Shown here piece after piece: positions 9,097 to 19,555 of a stretch of DNA of 64,000 nucleotides. The stretch is from Clostridia bacterium. GTDB lineage: Bacteria; Bacillota; Clostridia; Oscillospirales; CAG-272. Position numbers and translations under genes: made by a program. Position 1 is the first letter of the stretch. The number at the start of each line of letters is the position of its first letter. Where the stretch lies: NCBI GenBank assembly GCA_900763885.1, contig CAAFLY010000061.1:10553-74552 (forward strand). Direction: 5' to 3'. The notes below the pieces were generated by a model. That model did no database searches. It was not told the DNA's origin and saw nothing but the letters and a program-made list of their open reading frames with translations.

Positions 9097-10398
9097 ATGC
9101 AGTATGAGGAAGCGATGCAGTATATCCACCGGATCAGCTGGACGGGCAGCCGTCCGGGACTGACGCGGATCGAGGAGCTGTGCGCAAAATTGGGCCATCC
9201 CGAGCGGACGTTGCAGTACATACACGTGGTCGGCACAAACGGGAAGGGATCCTTCTGCCGGATGCTGTCCGCGGTACTGACTGCCGCCGGATACAAAACG
9301 GGGCTGTTCACCTCCCCCTACATCGAAACGTTCAACGAGCGGATGCAGATCGACGGGGAGAATATCGGAAACGATGAGCTTGCCGCGATCACCGGAGAGG
9401 TCAAGCCGTTCGCGGACACCATGGCGGATCCCCCAACGGAATTTGAACTGATCACTGCGGTCGGATTCGAGTATTTCCGCCGGAATCGGTGCGACATTGT
9501 GGTGCTGGAGGCGGGACTGGGCGGCAGACTGGATTCCACAAACGTGATCCCGTCGCCGGAGCTGGTCGTCATCACTGGCATCGACTATGACCACATGGCG
9601 ATCCTCGGCGATACGCTGACGAAAATCGCGGCGGAAAAGGCGGGGGTCATCAAGCCGAAGACGACCGTGCTCTTTGGTGAAGGCGCGCCGGAAGCGGAAT
9701 CTGTGATCCGGGAAACGACGGAGCAAATCTGCGGCAAAAGCGCGTATCATCGCACGGACTACAGCCGGATTGAGCGTCCCGCCACCTCCCTCGACGGCAC
9801 TACGTTCTCGTTCGCGCCGTTTGGGAAGCTGCGCCTGTCCATGCTCGGGATGTATCAGCTTCGCAACGCGGCAAACGTTCTGACCGCCATCGAGCTGCTG
9901 CGGAACAAGGGCTACGCAATCCCGGACGAAGCGGTGCGGCAGGGACTTGCGGGTGCCGAATGGAAGGCACGGTTTGAGATCCTGTCCCGCGATCCGCTCG
10001 TTTTGTACGACGGCGCGCACAATCCACAGGGAATCGCCGCGGCAGAGGAAAACATCCGCCGGTATCTCGCGCCGCTGACGCGATCCGGCAAGGTGGAGCT
10101 ATTGATGGGCGTGCTTGCCGACAAGGACTACCGCGCGATGATCCACGCCGTATCGCCCTATGCCGCGCACGTCGTGACGATCACCCCCACCAGTCCGCGC
10201 GCGCTGGACGCCGCCATGACCGCCGCGATCTTCCGGGAAAACGGCGTGGAGGCGGTTTCGGCGGGATCGGTGGCGGAGGGAGTGCGCCTTGCGGTGGAAG
10301 CTGCCCGAAAAGAAAAGATGCCGCTCTTCATCTTAGGCTCGCTGTATCTGTACGGAGACGTGAAAAAGGCACTTGCCGCAATCCCCGATCTGGCGTAA
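9097..10398 (+). CDS. folC: bifunctional folylpolyglutamate synthase/dihydrofolate synthase
   Basis: HVVGTNGKGS P-loop with the Mur-ligase-like central and C-terminal regions typical of FolC. Confidence 0.9.
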   Translation: MQYEEAMQYIHRISWTGSRPGLTRIEELCAKLGHPERTLQYIHVVGTNGKGSFCRMLSAVLTAAGYKTGLFTSPYIETFNERMQIDGENIGNDELAAITGEVKPFADTMADPPTEFELITAVGFEYFRRNRCDIVVLEAGLGGRLDSTNVIPSPELVVITGIDYDHMAILGDTLTKIAAEKAGVIKPKTTVLFGEGAPEAESVIRETTEQICGKSAYHRTDYSRIERPATSLDGTTFSFAPFGKLRLSMLGMYQLRNAANVLTAIELLRNKGYAIPDEAVRQGLAGAEWKARFEILSRDPLVLYDGAHNPQGIAAAEENIRRYLAPLTRSGKVELLMGVLADKDYRAMIHAVSPYAAHVVTITPTSPRALDAAMTAAIFRENGVEAVSAGSVAEGVRLAVEAARKEKMPLFILGSLYLYGDVKKALAAIPDLA

Positions 10399-10453
10399 TC
10401 GCGCCTATGATGGGTGTGGGAGCGGTGTGATGGAATACTGGGAGGAAAAGCAC

Positions 10454-11248
10454 ATGCGGAAGTACCGGAAACACTCCCTGTGGCTTTGCTTTTTGATGCT
10501 CGCGAATGTGTTTGCCGTTTGCGGCTGCACGTGGAAGCTGTTTGACAAGCTGGGCTTTGACACCTATGATTATCATAGCGAGCCTGTGATCGCCAACCAT
10601 GATCCGGACAGCGCGATCGGATCCTCTCTTGCCGCCATGATCGATATTTTGGCGGGTGAGACGGGTCTGCCGGAGTTTACCGGGATGAACCGCGCGATCG
10701 AGAAGTACCGGGACGCGATCCTTTCCTATATGCTGACGACGGAGTATGCGCGCTATTCCGGCAATCGGACACTGATTGAGCAGGCGGAGGAGGCGTATCC
10801 GGCGTATCAGATCACACAGCTCATCCCGGCACGCGAATTTGAGGCGACGATGTACCAGTATTTCGGCGGCAGCGTGAAGATCACCAATAAGGATACAAAC
10901 CGGTTCCGCTATCTGCAAAAGGTGGACGCGTATATCGCCACAGCGGCATTCGTTCCGGTGGAGCGCGATGTACACATCACGGAAATCGCGGAGACGGAGC
11001 ACACCTACCGCGTCCGGTTCACGGTCCAGTGGCAGGAGGATACCTCCAGGGAATACACCGCCCTGATCGTCAAACGGGAGGACGGCACGCAGTATTTCAA
11101 GGAGCTGACGAAATACGCCGCGGAAATGGAGTCGGAAACAACGGAATCGCAAAAAGAGGAGAGCCACGATGGACTCTCCTTTTTCCATGGAGCTTCTTTG
11201 TTCCTCCCCTGTTTCGTACCAGACGGCCGCCGCCATCCGCGTGCGTAA
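10454..11248 (+). CDS. hypothetical lipoprotein
   Basis: ATG at 10454 with a GGAGGA RBS. The signal peptide MRKYRKHSLWLCFLMLANVFAVCGC has a lipobox Cys. The upstream part of the ORF overlaps folC. Confidence 0.6.
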   Translation: MRKYRKHSLWLCFLMLANVFAVCGCTWKLFDKLGFDTYDYHSEPVIANHDPDSAIGSSLAAMIDILAGETGLPEFTGMNRAIEKYRDAILSYMLTTEYARYSGNRTLIEQAEEAYPAYQITQLIPAREFEATMYQYFGGSVKITNKDTNRFRYLQKVDAYIATAAFVPVERDVHITEIAETEHTYRVRFTVQWQEDTSREYTALIVKREDGTQYFKELTKYAAEMESETTESQKEESHDGLSFFHGASLFLPCFVPDGRRHPRA

Positions 11249-11396
11249 GGGTGAGAATGGCACGGATCGGCACGTTGATCCTGTGGTGCGCCGGGAAAAC
11301 ATACCGTGCTTTGTGGATACGGTTCTGCCAAAGCCGGCTCTTGTTCATCCGCGTTCTTTTTTACGGCGGCGTGCGCGAAAATTTCCGGGCAAATCC

Positions 11397-11425
11397 TTGT
11401 ATTGCCGCGCCCTTTGTGCTATAAT
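11397..11425 (+). promoter_or_regulatory. sigma70-type promoter (TGcTATAAT)
   Basis: TTGTAT (11397-11402), a 17-nt spacer, then TATAAT (11420-11425), 35 nt upstream of the EEP gene ATG. Confidence 0.5.
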
Positions 11426-11459
11426 ACCATCAAACGACTCGGAAGGAGACAATTTCATA

Positions 11460-12245
11460 ATGGCAAACATCCGCGTATTCACATTCAATATGCGCACAGA
11501 CGCAGCTTGCGACGGCAGAAACGCGTTTTCGGCGGAACGGAGCGCGTACATCGAGAAGGAATTTCCGAAATATGAGGCGGACGTCATCGGCTTCCAGGAG
11601 ACCAGACCCGAGATGCGCCAGTGGGTGATCGACCATTTCCCGGCGTATACGGTCTGCGGCATTGGCAGAGAAGCGGATCTGCAGGGGGAGAGCAACATCA
11701 TCGCGTACCGTACGGACAGATTCGACCTGGTATCCCTCGATACGTTCTGGCTGTCCGATACCCCGCACCGTCCAGGCTCCCGTTTCGCGACCGACCAGAG
11801 CAGCTGTCCCCGGATCTGCACCGTTGTGACCCTGCGCTGCAAGGAAAACGGCAGGCTGTTCCGGCACTACAACACCCATCTTGACCACGTAGGCGCGTTC
11901 GCGCAGGCACAGGGGATCTCCCTCATCCTGAACCGCATGGTCTCCGATTACCAGACGTGGCAGATGCCCGTGATCCTCACCGGAGACTTCAACGTTACGC
12001 CGGAATCGAAGGTGTACGCGACGGTGAACGGCTTTGGCGGCTGCGGAGACGCGCTTGTGGACGTGTCGGCGGACGTCGGCTTCACCTTCCACGCATACCA
12101 GCCGGAGAAAACACAGGAAAAGATCGACTATATCTTTACAAACATCCCGGCGGACCTCACCAAATCCATGAAGGCGACGGACAACGAGGATGGCATCTAC
12201 CTCTCCGACCACTACCCGGTTGGCGCGATCGTATCGCTGGACTGA
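11460..12245 (+). CDS. endonuclease/exonuclease/phosphatase (EEP) family protein, copy 1
   Basis: MANIRVFTFNMR...GFQE...NTHLDH...LTGDFN...SDHYPV are the EEP catalytic motifs. AAGGAG RBS. A paralog lies at 49922..50710. Confidence 0.8.
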   Translation: MANIRVFTFNMRTDAACDGRNAFSAERSAYIEKEFPKYEADVIGFQETRPEMRQWVIDHFPAYTVCGIGREADLQGESNIIAYRTDRFDLVSLDTFWLSDTPHRPGSRFATDQSSCPRICTVVTLRCKENGRLFRHYNTHLDHVGAFAQAQGISLILNRMVSDYQTWQMPVILTGDFNVTPESKVYATVNGFGGCGDALVDVSADVGFTFHAYQPEKTQEKIDYIFTNIPADLTKSMKATDNEDGIYLSDHYPVGAIVSLD

Positions 12246-12354
12246 GGAGGCGCTGGAGCCACTGTTTTTTGCGCAGAGAGCCTTGGAGGTATGGGTTTTT
12301 GACGCAGAACCAACCATACATCAGCGTTTCCTTACGCTTCTTAGAATAAAAATG

Positions 12355-12390
12355 AGCGGACATGGTACTGGCGTATCGTGTCCGCTTTTG
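12355..12390. terminator. bidirectional terminator between convergent EEP and cobB genes
   Basis: AGCGGACA (12355-12362) pairs with TGTCCGCT (12379-12386), with AAAAA before and TTTT after. Confidence 0.7.
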
Positions 12391-12391
12391 T

Positions 12392-13132
12392 TTATTCGAC
12401 GCCAAGCGCATCCACCGCGGAGAGCACCTCCCCCACCTTGTCCCGCATCACCAGCGTGGCGAGAGCATCCATAGGGGTTTCGTCCCGGTTGATCAGCACG
12501 AGTCGATTGCCGCCGTAGAAGCGGAGCAGTCCCGCTGCCGGATAGACGGTCAGAGAGGTGCCGGCGACAAGGAGCAGATCGGCATTCCGGATGGCATCGA
12601 TGGCTCCCTCCACCGTTTCGTCGGACAGGCCTTCCTCATACAGCACCACGTCCGGACGGATCACGCCGCCGCAGGAGCAGCGCGGTACCGGATCGGAGCT
12701 GTCAAAGATCGCCTCCGCCGGATACGGCTTGCCGCAGTCCATGCAGTAGTTGCGGTAAATCGAGCCGTGCAGCTCCCAGACCGTGCGGGATCCGGCTTTG
12801 GTGTGGAGTCCGTCTATGTTTTGCGTCACCACCGCGGATACCCTGCCCGTTTTTTCCCATTTCGCGAGCGTGCGGTGCGCCGGATTGGGATTTGCGGCAA
12901 GGCAGTTCATCTTGTCCCGGTAGAAGCGATAGAATTGTGCGGGATGAGCAAGAAAATATGAGTGCGAGAGGATCACCTCCGGCGGCACATCATATTTCTG
13001 TTGGTACAGTCCGTCCGCGGAGCGAAAATCCGGAATGCCCGATTCCGTCGACACCCCTGCGCCGCCAAAGAATACCACGTGCCGCGCCTTTTGTACATAC
13101 GACCGCAGGAGTAAAACCTGTGTCTGATCCAT
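12392..13132 (-). CDS. cobB: NAD-dependent protein deacylase (Sir2/CobB sirtuin)
   Basis: Start MDQTQVLLL with a GGGGAGG RBS. Contains GAGVSTESGIPDFRS, QNIDGLH and the zinc ribbon CxxC...CxxC (CMDCG...CSCGG). Confidence 0.85.
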   Translation of the reverse strand: MDQTQVLLLRSYVQKARHVVFFGGAGVSTESGIPDFRSADGLYQQKYDVPPEVILSHSYFLAHPAQFYRFYRDKMNCLAANPNPAHRTLAKWEKTGRVSAVVTQNIDGLHTKAGSRTVWELHGSIYRNYCMDCGKPYPAEAIFDSSDPVPRCSCGGVIRPDVVLYEEGLSDETVEGAIDAIRNADLLLVAGTSLTVYPAAGLLRFYGGNRLVLINRDETPMDALATLVMRDKVGEVLSAVDALGVE

Positions 13133-13205
13133 GATTACACCTCCCCTTTTACAGCAAAAGGACACGAGCCTTTTGATTTTGCCACGCGTCCTTTCCAAGG
13201 ATAAC

Positions 13206-14150
13206 TTATTTTGATTTTTTCAGTACGGCCGCCGCGTCCGGATTTTCGGTCTCCAGTCTGGCGAGGAGCTTTTTGACCTTTTTCTTATGCAGCACGATCG
13301 GTACGACCACCGCCGCCGCAATGGCGCAGAGAAGTACGACCAGGCAGATGTAGTCGACCACGCCGTTTACATTTTCGCCGAACAGGATGCTTGCGCGGAC
13401 CCGCTTCAGCGTGGAGATACCCTTTACGACCGATTGTCCGTCGTATTCCGCGACAGACGCGCCGTCCGCGGTCAGTGCGATGTCGGATACGGTCAGGTTT
13501 TTCGCGGAAAACGCGGCGCGATTGGCACTGACGTCGAGGTTGATCCCCTTCACGGTCAGCATATGGGAGGCTTCTACCGCGTTGTTGGCAGTGAAGGTGC
13601 CGCCGAGCAGATTGACGATTCGTCCGGAGACCGCCGCGCCGTTGGGATCGTCCACGGTGATGGTCATCCTGCCGTCCACGAATGAGAAATCCGCCGCCGT
13701 GGAGAGCACGCCGTATTTCGCGGAATGAATCTCGTAATCGCCCGCGAGCAGCCGCACCTTTTCCGTGCCGACCTCGGTGTAGATGAAGATTCCGGCTTCT
13801 CCCGCGTCGAGGATCAGCTTGCCGCTGCCCTTGAAAACGACCGTTCCCGCGCAGGACAGCGCGTATTTGGAGGCTTTGATGTAGTTGGTGCCGGTGATGT
13901 TGACGGTGCAGCCCTTCGGCAGACGCAGTCCGTAATCGTTCGTCGTGTCGAGGTATAGCCCGTTCAGATCGAGCACATCCGTCCGGTTGTGCCATTCATA
14001 GCCGTGACCGCGCTGGTTCTTGTTTGCCTGCGCAATGTTGAGCGTGGTGGTGATTGTGACCGGATCGTCGGCGGTGATGGGCAGGATTCCAAGTCCGAGT
14101 GTGATACAGAGGATCAGAAGCCCGCAGAGTACGCGATGGATACGTTTCAT
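13206..14150 (-). CDS. hypothetical secreted, C-terminally anchored surface protein
   Basis: N-terminal signal peptide (MKRIHRVLCGLLILCITLGLGILPITA), repetitive G/T/N-rich beta-strand-like middle, then a C-terminal TM (ICLVVLLCAIAAAVVVPIVL) plus a KKKVKK tail. Confidence 0.6.
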   Translation of the reverse strand: MKRIHRVLCGLLILCITLGLGILPITADDPVTITTTLNIAQANKNQRGHGYEWHNRTDVLDLNGLYLDTTNDYGLRLPKGCTVNITGTNYIKASKYALSCAGTVVFKGSGKLILDAGEAGIFIYTEVGTEKVRLLAGDYEIHSAKYGVLSTAADFSFVDGRMTITVDDPNGAAVSGRIVNLLGGTFTANNAVEASHMLTVKGINLDVSANRAAFSAKNLTVSDIALTADGASVAEYDGQSVVKGISTLKRVRASILFGENVNGVVDYICLVVLLCAIAAAVVVPIVLHKKKVKKLLARLETENPDAAAVLKKSK

Positions 14151-14315
14151 GGGATTGCCTTTCGTTCAGAATTTGGGGATAGGAATATATCGCCCGAGAC
14201 TTCCTTATTGTAACATAGCCGCGGTAAAATTGCAAGTCTTTTGGCGAGGACAACACAAAACTTTCGTCTCATGGTCAGATAGACAGGAGATTTTGGCGAA
14301 AAAATCAGGATTTCA

Positions 14316-14867
14316 TCACAAATCCCGAGCCTCTCCCGCCGTATGGGGAACGGCCTTCTTTGTGATGTGCCGATGGAGCATCCATTCCGCAAACGCGTGC
14401 CATCGCATGGACAGAGCGGACGCGAACGATACGGTCAGCACAAGGGCGGAAAGCGGGAGCTTGTCCGTCGCGGTCATAAAGGCGTAAAACGGTCCGGAGA
14501 GAAGGAGCGCCGCGGAGGAGAGGAGGGAAACGAGCAGGCGCAGTCCGGTGCTGCCGCGATGTGCTTTTACGGACAGGGAGGATACGCACGAAAGCACGGT
14601 CAGACAAAGGAGCACGCCGGTGACGATCAGGGCGAAGCGGAGGTACAGAGCAAACGCGTCCCATGCCCACGATACGAAATCCGTGTCCGATTCCCCGCGC
14701 AGAAAATACCGCAGAAGCCAAACCACTGCCGGATAAAGGAAAATGCCGATTCCTCCGCAGATCCCGTTTGCGATTCCCACGATCCGGGCATCGGGGGTGC
14801 GCCGCTGTACGATATAAAGCGCGGCAAATCCCGCGAGACAGGCGAGGGACAACAGAATATAGCTCAT
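14316..14867 (-). CDS. hypothetical polytopic membrane protein (183 aa)
   Basis: Start MSYILLSLACLAGF; its ATG overlaps the nitroreductase stop (ATGA). Several hydrophobic helices. The longer 347-aa ORF overlaps the nitroreductase gene. Confidence 0.55.
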   Translation of the reverse strand: MSYILLSLACLAGFAALYIVQRRTPDARIVGIANGICGGIGIFLYPAVVWLLRYFLRGESDTDFVSWAWDAFALYLRFALIVTGVLLCLTVLSCVSSLSVKAHRGSTGLRLLVSLLSSAALLLSGPFYAFMTATDKLPLSALVLTVSFASALSMRWHAFAEWMLHRHITKKAVPHTAGEARDL

Positions 14868-15445
14868 TCGAGAACAATATCGGATAAGAGCCGCTTCGGG
14901 ACAAAGTGGAGATTGTGGGCGTCGCGGAAGTAGGTCACATCCCCGTCCGGCTTCGGATTGGTGATGAAAACGGTCTCCGCGGGCTTGCCGAGTGCCACGA
15001 TGAGCATCGGAACATACCGCTCCGGGATCCGCAGCTTTTCCCCGACGGTATCCGGGTGGAAAGCGCCGATCATGCAGCCGCCGTATCCTCTCTCGGTCGC
15101 GGACAGCAGTAAGGTCATCGCGGCGATCCCGACGTCCTTTTCGGCGTGACGCGGGTCCTTTGTCACCGTTGTATCGCAGAGGATCACCACAAACGCGCTC
15201 GGATGACCACCGTCCGGCGGCAGCTTCAGCTCCGGCAGCGCACCGGCCCACGCGGTATAGGGGAGGAGCTTTTCCACTCCCTCGCGCGTATCCACGATTT
15301 TGTATCGGAGCGGCTGGGCGTTTCTGGCACTCGGGCAGAGGCGGCAATTGTCGATCCATGAAAGAATCGTATCATGCGGGATCTCGCACGATTCGTCAAA
15401 GGTGCGATAGCTGCGGTTGTCGATGAGCAGATCTCTCAGTTCCAT
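14864..15445 (-). CDS. nitroreductase family protein
   Basis: Start MELRDLLIDNRSYRTF with an AAGGAG RBS. The RSYR, PSARNAQP and GGCMIG patterns are typical of NADH/FMN nitroreductases. Confidence 0.75.
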   Translation of the reverse strand: MELRDLLIDNRSYRTFDESCEIPHDTILSWIDNCRLCPSARNAQPLRYKIVDTREGVEKLLPYTAWAGALPELKLPPDGGHPSAFVVILCDTTVTKDPRHAEKDVGIAAMTLLLSATERGYGGCMIGAFHPDTVGEKLRIPERYVPMLIVALGKPAETVFITNPKPDGDVTYFRDAHNLHFVPKRLLSDIVLE

Positions 15446-15461
15446 GTATTTTCTCCTTATT

Positions 15462-16664
15462 TCATTTCGCGTATTCCGATACGATGCCAACCAGGACCTT
15501 TACCATTGTATCCATGCCCTCGACGGTGTTGTGTTCGTACGGACCATGGAAGGCGTATCCCCCGGTGCCGAGATTCGGGCAGGGCAGCCCCATAAAGGAA
15601 AGGCGCGCACCGTCGGTACCGCCGCGGATCGGCTCATGAGACGGGACCATGCCGAGCGCGGTGATCACACGGTCCGCCGTCTCCACAAGGTGCATGTGAC
15701 CGCCCATCACCTCCGCCATATTCCGATACTGCTCGCGGAGCGTCAGGACCACCGTTCCGGCGCCGTATTTCTCGTTCATGATTTTCTCGATGTGGCGGAG
15801 CGTGTCGATGCGGCTGTCAAACCGGGTCGCGCTGTGGTCCCGGATGATGTAGGACAGAGTCGCGGATTCCACATCTCCCGCCATGTCGGTCAGGTGGTAG
15901 AATCCCTCATAGCCCTCCGTATGCGCCGGGGTCTCCATTGCCGGGAGCGCGCCGTTTATCTCCATGGCGACCAGCGCCGCGTTGACCATCGTATCCTTGG
16001 CACTGCCCGGATGGATGTTGACCCCGCGCACATGAAACACCGCCGCGCCCGCGTTGAAATTCTCGTAGACGATCTCGTTCTCCGCGCCGCCATCCACGGT
16101 ATAGGCAAAATCCGCCGCGAACGCATCGAGGTCAAAGGAATCCGCCGACGCACCGATCTCCTCGTCCGGTGTGAACGCGATCGAGAGGGCGGGGTGCGGC
16201 TTGTCCATGATCTCCGCGCACATCGTCAGGATCTCGGCGATCCCGGCTTTGTCATCGCTGCCAAGGAGGGTGGTGCCGTCCGCGGTGATGAGCGTGCGCC
16301 CTTTCAGCGAGGGCAGATGCGGGAACATCGCGGGGGAAAGGGTCAGTCCCTGCAGCGCGATCTCACCGCCGTCGTAGTTTTCGTGCAGGATCGGTTTTAC
16401 GTTTTCGCCGCGGAAGTCGGGTGCGGTATCCATATGCGCGATAAAGCCGAGTCGGATCGCCGCGGCGCAGTCCTTCGCCGGGATATGCCCATACACGTAT
16501 CCGCGATCGTCCATGTGCGCGTCCGTAATGCCCATCTCCTGCATTTCGGAAGCGAGAATTTCCGCAAGTACCTTCTGCCGCTCTGTGGACGGTACGGTAC
16601 CGGTCGTCTCATCGCTGGTGGTGTATACTTTCACGTAGTTCAAAAATCGTTCGTAAGCTCGCAT
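15462..16664 (-). CDS. pepT: peptidase T (tripeptide aminopeptidase)
   Basis: Collinear with B. subtilis PepT as I recall it: FLNYVKVYTTSDE, GFIAHMDTAPDF, LGSDDKAGIAEI, FTPDEEIG, TEGYEGFYHL, PIRGGTDGA. Confidence 0.9.
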   Translation of the reverse strand: MRAYERFLNYVKVYTTSDETTGTVPSTERQKVLAEILASEMQEMGITDAHMDDRGYVYGHIPAKDCAAAIRLGFIAHMDTAPDFRGENVKPILHENYDGGEIALQGLTLSPAMFPHLPSLKGRTLITADGTTLLGSDDKAGIAEILTMCAEIMDKPHPALSIAFTPDEEIGASADSFDLDAFAADFAYTVDGGAENEIVYENFNAGAAVFHVRGVNIHPGSAKDTMVNAALVAMEINGALPAMETPAHTEGYEGFYHLTDMAGDVESATLSYIIRDHSATRFDSRIDTLRHIEKIMNEKYGAGTVVLTLREQYRNMAEVMGGHMHLVETADRVITALGMVPSHEPIRGGTDGARLSFMGLPCPNLGTGGYAFHGPYEHNTVEGMDTMVKVLVGIVSEYAK

Positions 16665-16844
16665 GGCACAGGCTCCTTATGGGATAAATGGCAGTGTTCA
16701 ATACAGCATACCATAGAGTTGGTATTTTCTATATTATACCATGCCTGCGCGCCGGAATTGTGAACAATCGACGAACAAAACGGCGCGATATTGTTTCCGT
16801 GACGGATTTTGTATATTCCATGGCGGAAATGACGGAAAAAACGC

Positions 16845-16873
16845 TTGCCTACACGCGGAAAATATGCTATAAT
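16845..16873 (+). promoter_or_regulatory. sigma70-type promoter (TGcTATAAT)
   Basis: TTGCCT (16845-16850), a 17-nt spacer, then TATAAT (16868-16873). Confidence 0.5.
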
Positions 16874-16931
16874 ACGGACAAGAACGCCGTGGGAATTCTC
16901 GTTCCATGCGGCAGGGAGAAAGGATATACCC

Positions 16932-18602
16932 ATGAAACTACAGGAAAAATTCGGTATTTACGGGATCGACGACGAACGCACCCGGAAAGTGATCTACCCG
17001 AACCGTGTGGTACTGACACGCGGCAATGTGACCGGTGCGGAAAACCTCAAAAAGTTCCGTCCGACACAGGTCGCCATTTACGCCTATGACGACGCGTGCG
17101 TGCTCGACAACCGCGGCAGCACGGAGAACGCGGCGGTCCTTGTCGATTTCGGCAGAGAGATCCACGGTACGGTCACGGTGTCGATCTTCACGGTCAGCAC
17201 GCAGCACGCGGATTTCCGGCTCCGTTTCGGCGAAAGCGTATCGGAGGCGATCACACCGATCGGCGAAAAGGGGACGACCAACGACCACGCGGAGCGCGAT
17301 ATGGCGTTCGGCGCGGCATCCTGGAGCTCCAACGAATCGAACGAAAGCGGATTCCGGTTTGCGTATCTGGAACTGCTCACGCCGAACTGCCGCGTAGAGC
17401 TGCGCTGCATCGAGGGAACGCTCATCTTCCGCGACATCGAATATAAGGGCAGCTTCCAGTGCAGCGACCCGCTGGTGAATCAGATCTACGACACGGCGGC
17501 GTACACTGTACATCTCAATATGCAGCGGTATCTTTGGGACGGCATCAAGCGCGACAGGCTCGTGTGGGCGGGCGATATGAACACAGAGCTTGCGACGATC
17601 CTTTCCGTGTTCGGCCCGAATCCCGTCGTCACCAAATCGCTCGATCTGGTGCGCGAGGTCACGCCGACGGAGGCAAGCATGAACGGTCTGTCGTCCTACA
17701 ATCTGTGGTGGATGCTCTGCCACTACGACTGGTATATGCACACCGGCGACTACGAATATCTGCGCGAACAGAAGGACTATATCGCCGCGCTCATGAACCG
17801 CTATGTGACCTACGTTGACGAAAACGGCTGTGAAAGACTGCCGGAGGGACGCTTCTTCGACTGGCCGACCAGGGGAAATCCGGATCAAATGCACGCCGGA
17901 CTCCAGGGCCTGACCGCACTGGCACTGCGCAGAGGCGGAGAGCTTCTTTGTGTCCTCGGTGAATCCGCGCTTGCCGATCGGTGTCTCCGTACCGCGGAAC
18001 GCATGAAAAATCACGTGCCGGAAACCAGGGACGGCAGCAAACAGTCCGCGGCGCTTCTTGCCATCGGTGGGGTATGCACGCCGGAGGATATGTATGAAAA
18101 CGTCATCTCCAAGGGAGGTGCTGCCGGATTCTCGACGTTCCTCGGCTACTACACGCTGTCCGCCGTTGCCGAAGCCGGTCAATACGAAGCGGGACTTTCC
18201 ATGATGAAGGATTACTGGGGCGGTATGCTTGCCTACGGTGCTACGACATTCTGGGAGGATTTCGATATCCGCTGGATGGAGAACGCGGCGCCGATCACGG
18301 ATGTGGTCCCTGAGGGCAAAAAGGACATTCACGGTGATTACGGCGCATACTGCTACACGAATCTGCGCCACAGCCTCTGCCACGGTTGGGCGTCCGGTCC
18401 GGCTCCGTGGCTGGCGAAGTACATTCTCGGGATCGAGATACTGGAGCCCGGCTGCAGGAAGATCCGCTTCAACCCGCATCTCGCCGGACTCGATTGGGTG
18501 AAGGGTACGTATCCGACGCCGTACGGTCTGATTGAGGTCGAGGTCACACCGGAGGGTGCCATCTGCCGCGCGCCGGAGGAGATTACGGTTGTCCGCGCCT
18601 GA
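16932..18602 (+). CDS. alpha-L-rhamnosidase-like six-hairpin glycoside hydrolase (GH78-like)
   Basis: Start MKLQEKFGIYG with a GGGAGAAAGG RBS. The C-terminal two-thirds (WDGIKRDRLVWAGD, TFWEDF, SLCHGWASGPAPWL) resemble the rhamnosidase (alpha/alpha)6 domain. Confidence 0.6.
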   Translation: MKLQEKFGIYGIDDERTRKVIYPNRVVLTRGNVTGAENLKKFRPTQVAIYAYDDACVLDNRGSTENAAVLVDFGREIHGTVTVSIFTVSTQHADFRLRFGESVSEAITPIGEKGTTNDHAERDMAFGAASWSSNESNESGFRFAYLELLTPNCRVELRCIEGTLIFRDIEYKGSFQCSDPLVNQIYDTAAYTVHLNMQRYLWDGIKRDRLVWAGDMNTELATILSVFGPNPVVTKSLDLVREVTPTEASMNGLSSYNLWWMLCHYDWYMHTGDYEYLREQKDYIAALMNRYVTYVDENGCERLPEGRFFDWPTRGNPDQMHAGLQGLTALALRRGGELLCVLGESALADRCLRTAERMKNHVPETRDGSKQSAALLAIGGVCTPEDMYENVISKGGAAGFSTFLGYYTLSAVAEAGQYEAGLSMMKDYWGGMLAYGATTFWEDFDIRWMENAAPITDVVPEGKKDIHGDYGAYCYTNLRHSLCHGWASGPAPWLAKYILGIEILEPGCRKIRFNPHLAGLDWVKGTYPTPYGLIEVEVTPEGAICRAPEEITVVRA

Positions 18603-18726
18603 GAATGGACGGCTCTGACGGAAAATTCATAAAACGGTACTTGCAATTCCCGGTCGGATGCGGTACAATACCTTCGCCGGACGGAATTGCCGGTCAATGA
18701 TATACAACAAAGGAGAAGACGGAACC

Positions 18727-19482
18727 ATGAAGATCGCAAAACTGGGCTTACAGCTGTACACCATCCGCGATACCATGAACGACGCGGAAAACATCCGAAA
18801 AAGCTTCCGCAAAATGAAGGAGCTTGGCTACGACATCGGTCAGACCGCGGGATGCGCGATTCCCTATGAGGAATTCGGCAGGATCGCCCGTGAAGAGGGC
18901 ATTGAAATCTGCGGCACCCACGACAATATGGACATCATGCTGAACGATCCCGAAACCGCTATGGCCAATCACCGTGCGCTCGGCACCACCAATATGGGTA
19001 TCGGTGGATTCGGCGCAGGCAGCGTGGAGGAAGTCGAAAGGTTCATCGAGGACGCGAACAGGATCGCGAACACTGTGTACGCGCATGGCTTCAAGTTCAC
19101 GTACCACAACCACAGCCACGAATTCCGTCGTCTCGCAAACGGCAGAACCGCGATGGATATGCTCGTGGAGGGACTGGATCCGGTCAAGACCTCGTTCGTG
19201 CTGGATACCTACTGGGTGCAGCACGGCGGCGGAGATGTGCGCCACTGGATCGAAAAGCTCGCCGGCAGAATCGACATCCTGCACATGAAGGAAATGGGCA
19301 GGGACGACAAGGGACCGTTCATCACCGAGATCGGCAACGGCAATATGTACTGGGAGGGTATCCTCGAGACCGCCGCAAGAGCCGGCGTACAGTATTACGT
19401 TGTCGAGCAGGACAGCTGGCCGGGAGATCCGTTCGATTCCATCCGCCAGTCCTCCGCATACATGCACAAGAACTTTATGTAA
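18727..19482 (+). CDS. sugar phosphate isomerase/epimerase (xylose isomerase-like TIM barrel)
   Basis: Start MKIAKLGLQLYTIRD with an AAAGGAGAAG RBS. YHNHSHEF and LHMKE motifs. Confidence 0.75.
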   Translation: MKIAKLGLQLYTIRDTMNDAENIRKSFRKMKELGYDIGQTAGCAIPYEEFGRIAREEGIEICGTHDNMDIMLNDPETAMANHRALGTTNMGIGGFGAGSVEEVERFIEDANRIANTVYAHGFKFTYHNHSHEFRRLANGRTAMDMLVEGLDPVKTSFVLDTYWVQHGGGDVRHWIEKLAGRIDILHMKEMGRDDKGPFITEIGNGNMYWEGILETAARAGVQYYVVEQDSWPGDPFDSIRQSSAYMHKNFM

Positions 19483-19486
19483 GAAA

Positions 19487-19525
19487 AAATCCCGTCAGGT
19501 TTCGTGCCCGGCGGGATTTTTCTGC
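19487..19525 (+). terminator. intrinsic terminator
   Basis: AATCCCGTCAGG pairs with CCCGGCGGGATT and is followed by TTTTT. Confidence 0.7.
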
Positions 19526-19555
19526 AAAAGTGCGTCCGATCCCTGCCGCAGCCAA

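Noticed and set aside
10373-10453. Upstream extension of the lipoprotein ORF that overlaps the end of folC.
   Set aside because: The ATG at 10454 has a GGAGGA RBS and starts a canonical lipoprotein signal peptide. The extension adds non-signal residues and overlaps folC.
15417-16763. 448-aa plus-strand ORF.
   Set aside because: It is antisense to pepT, which aligns end to end with known peptidase T. The same reasoning rejects 16938..18479 (antisense to the GH78-like gene), 8965..10020 (folC), 28676..30067 (the fusion gene), 34249..35562 and 47712..48989.
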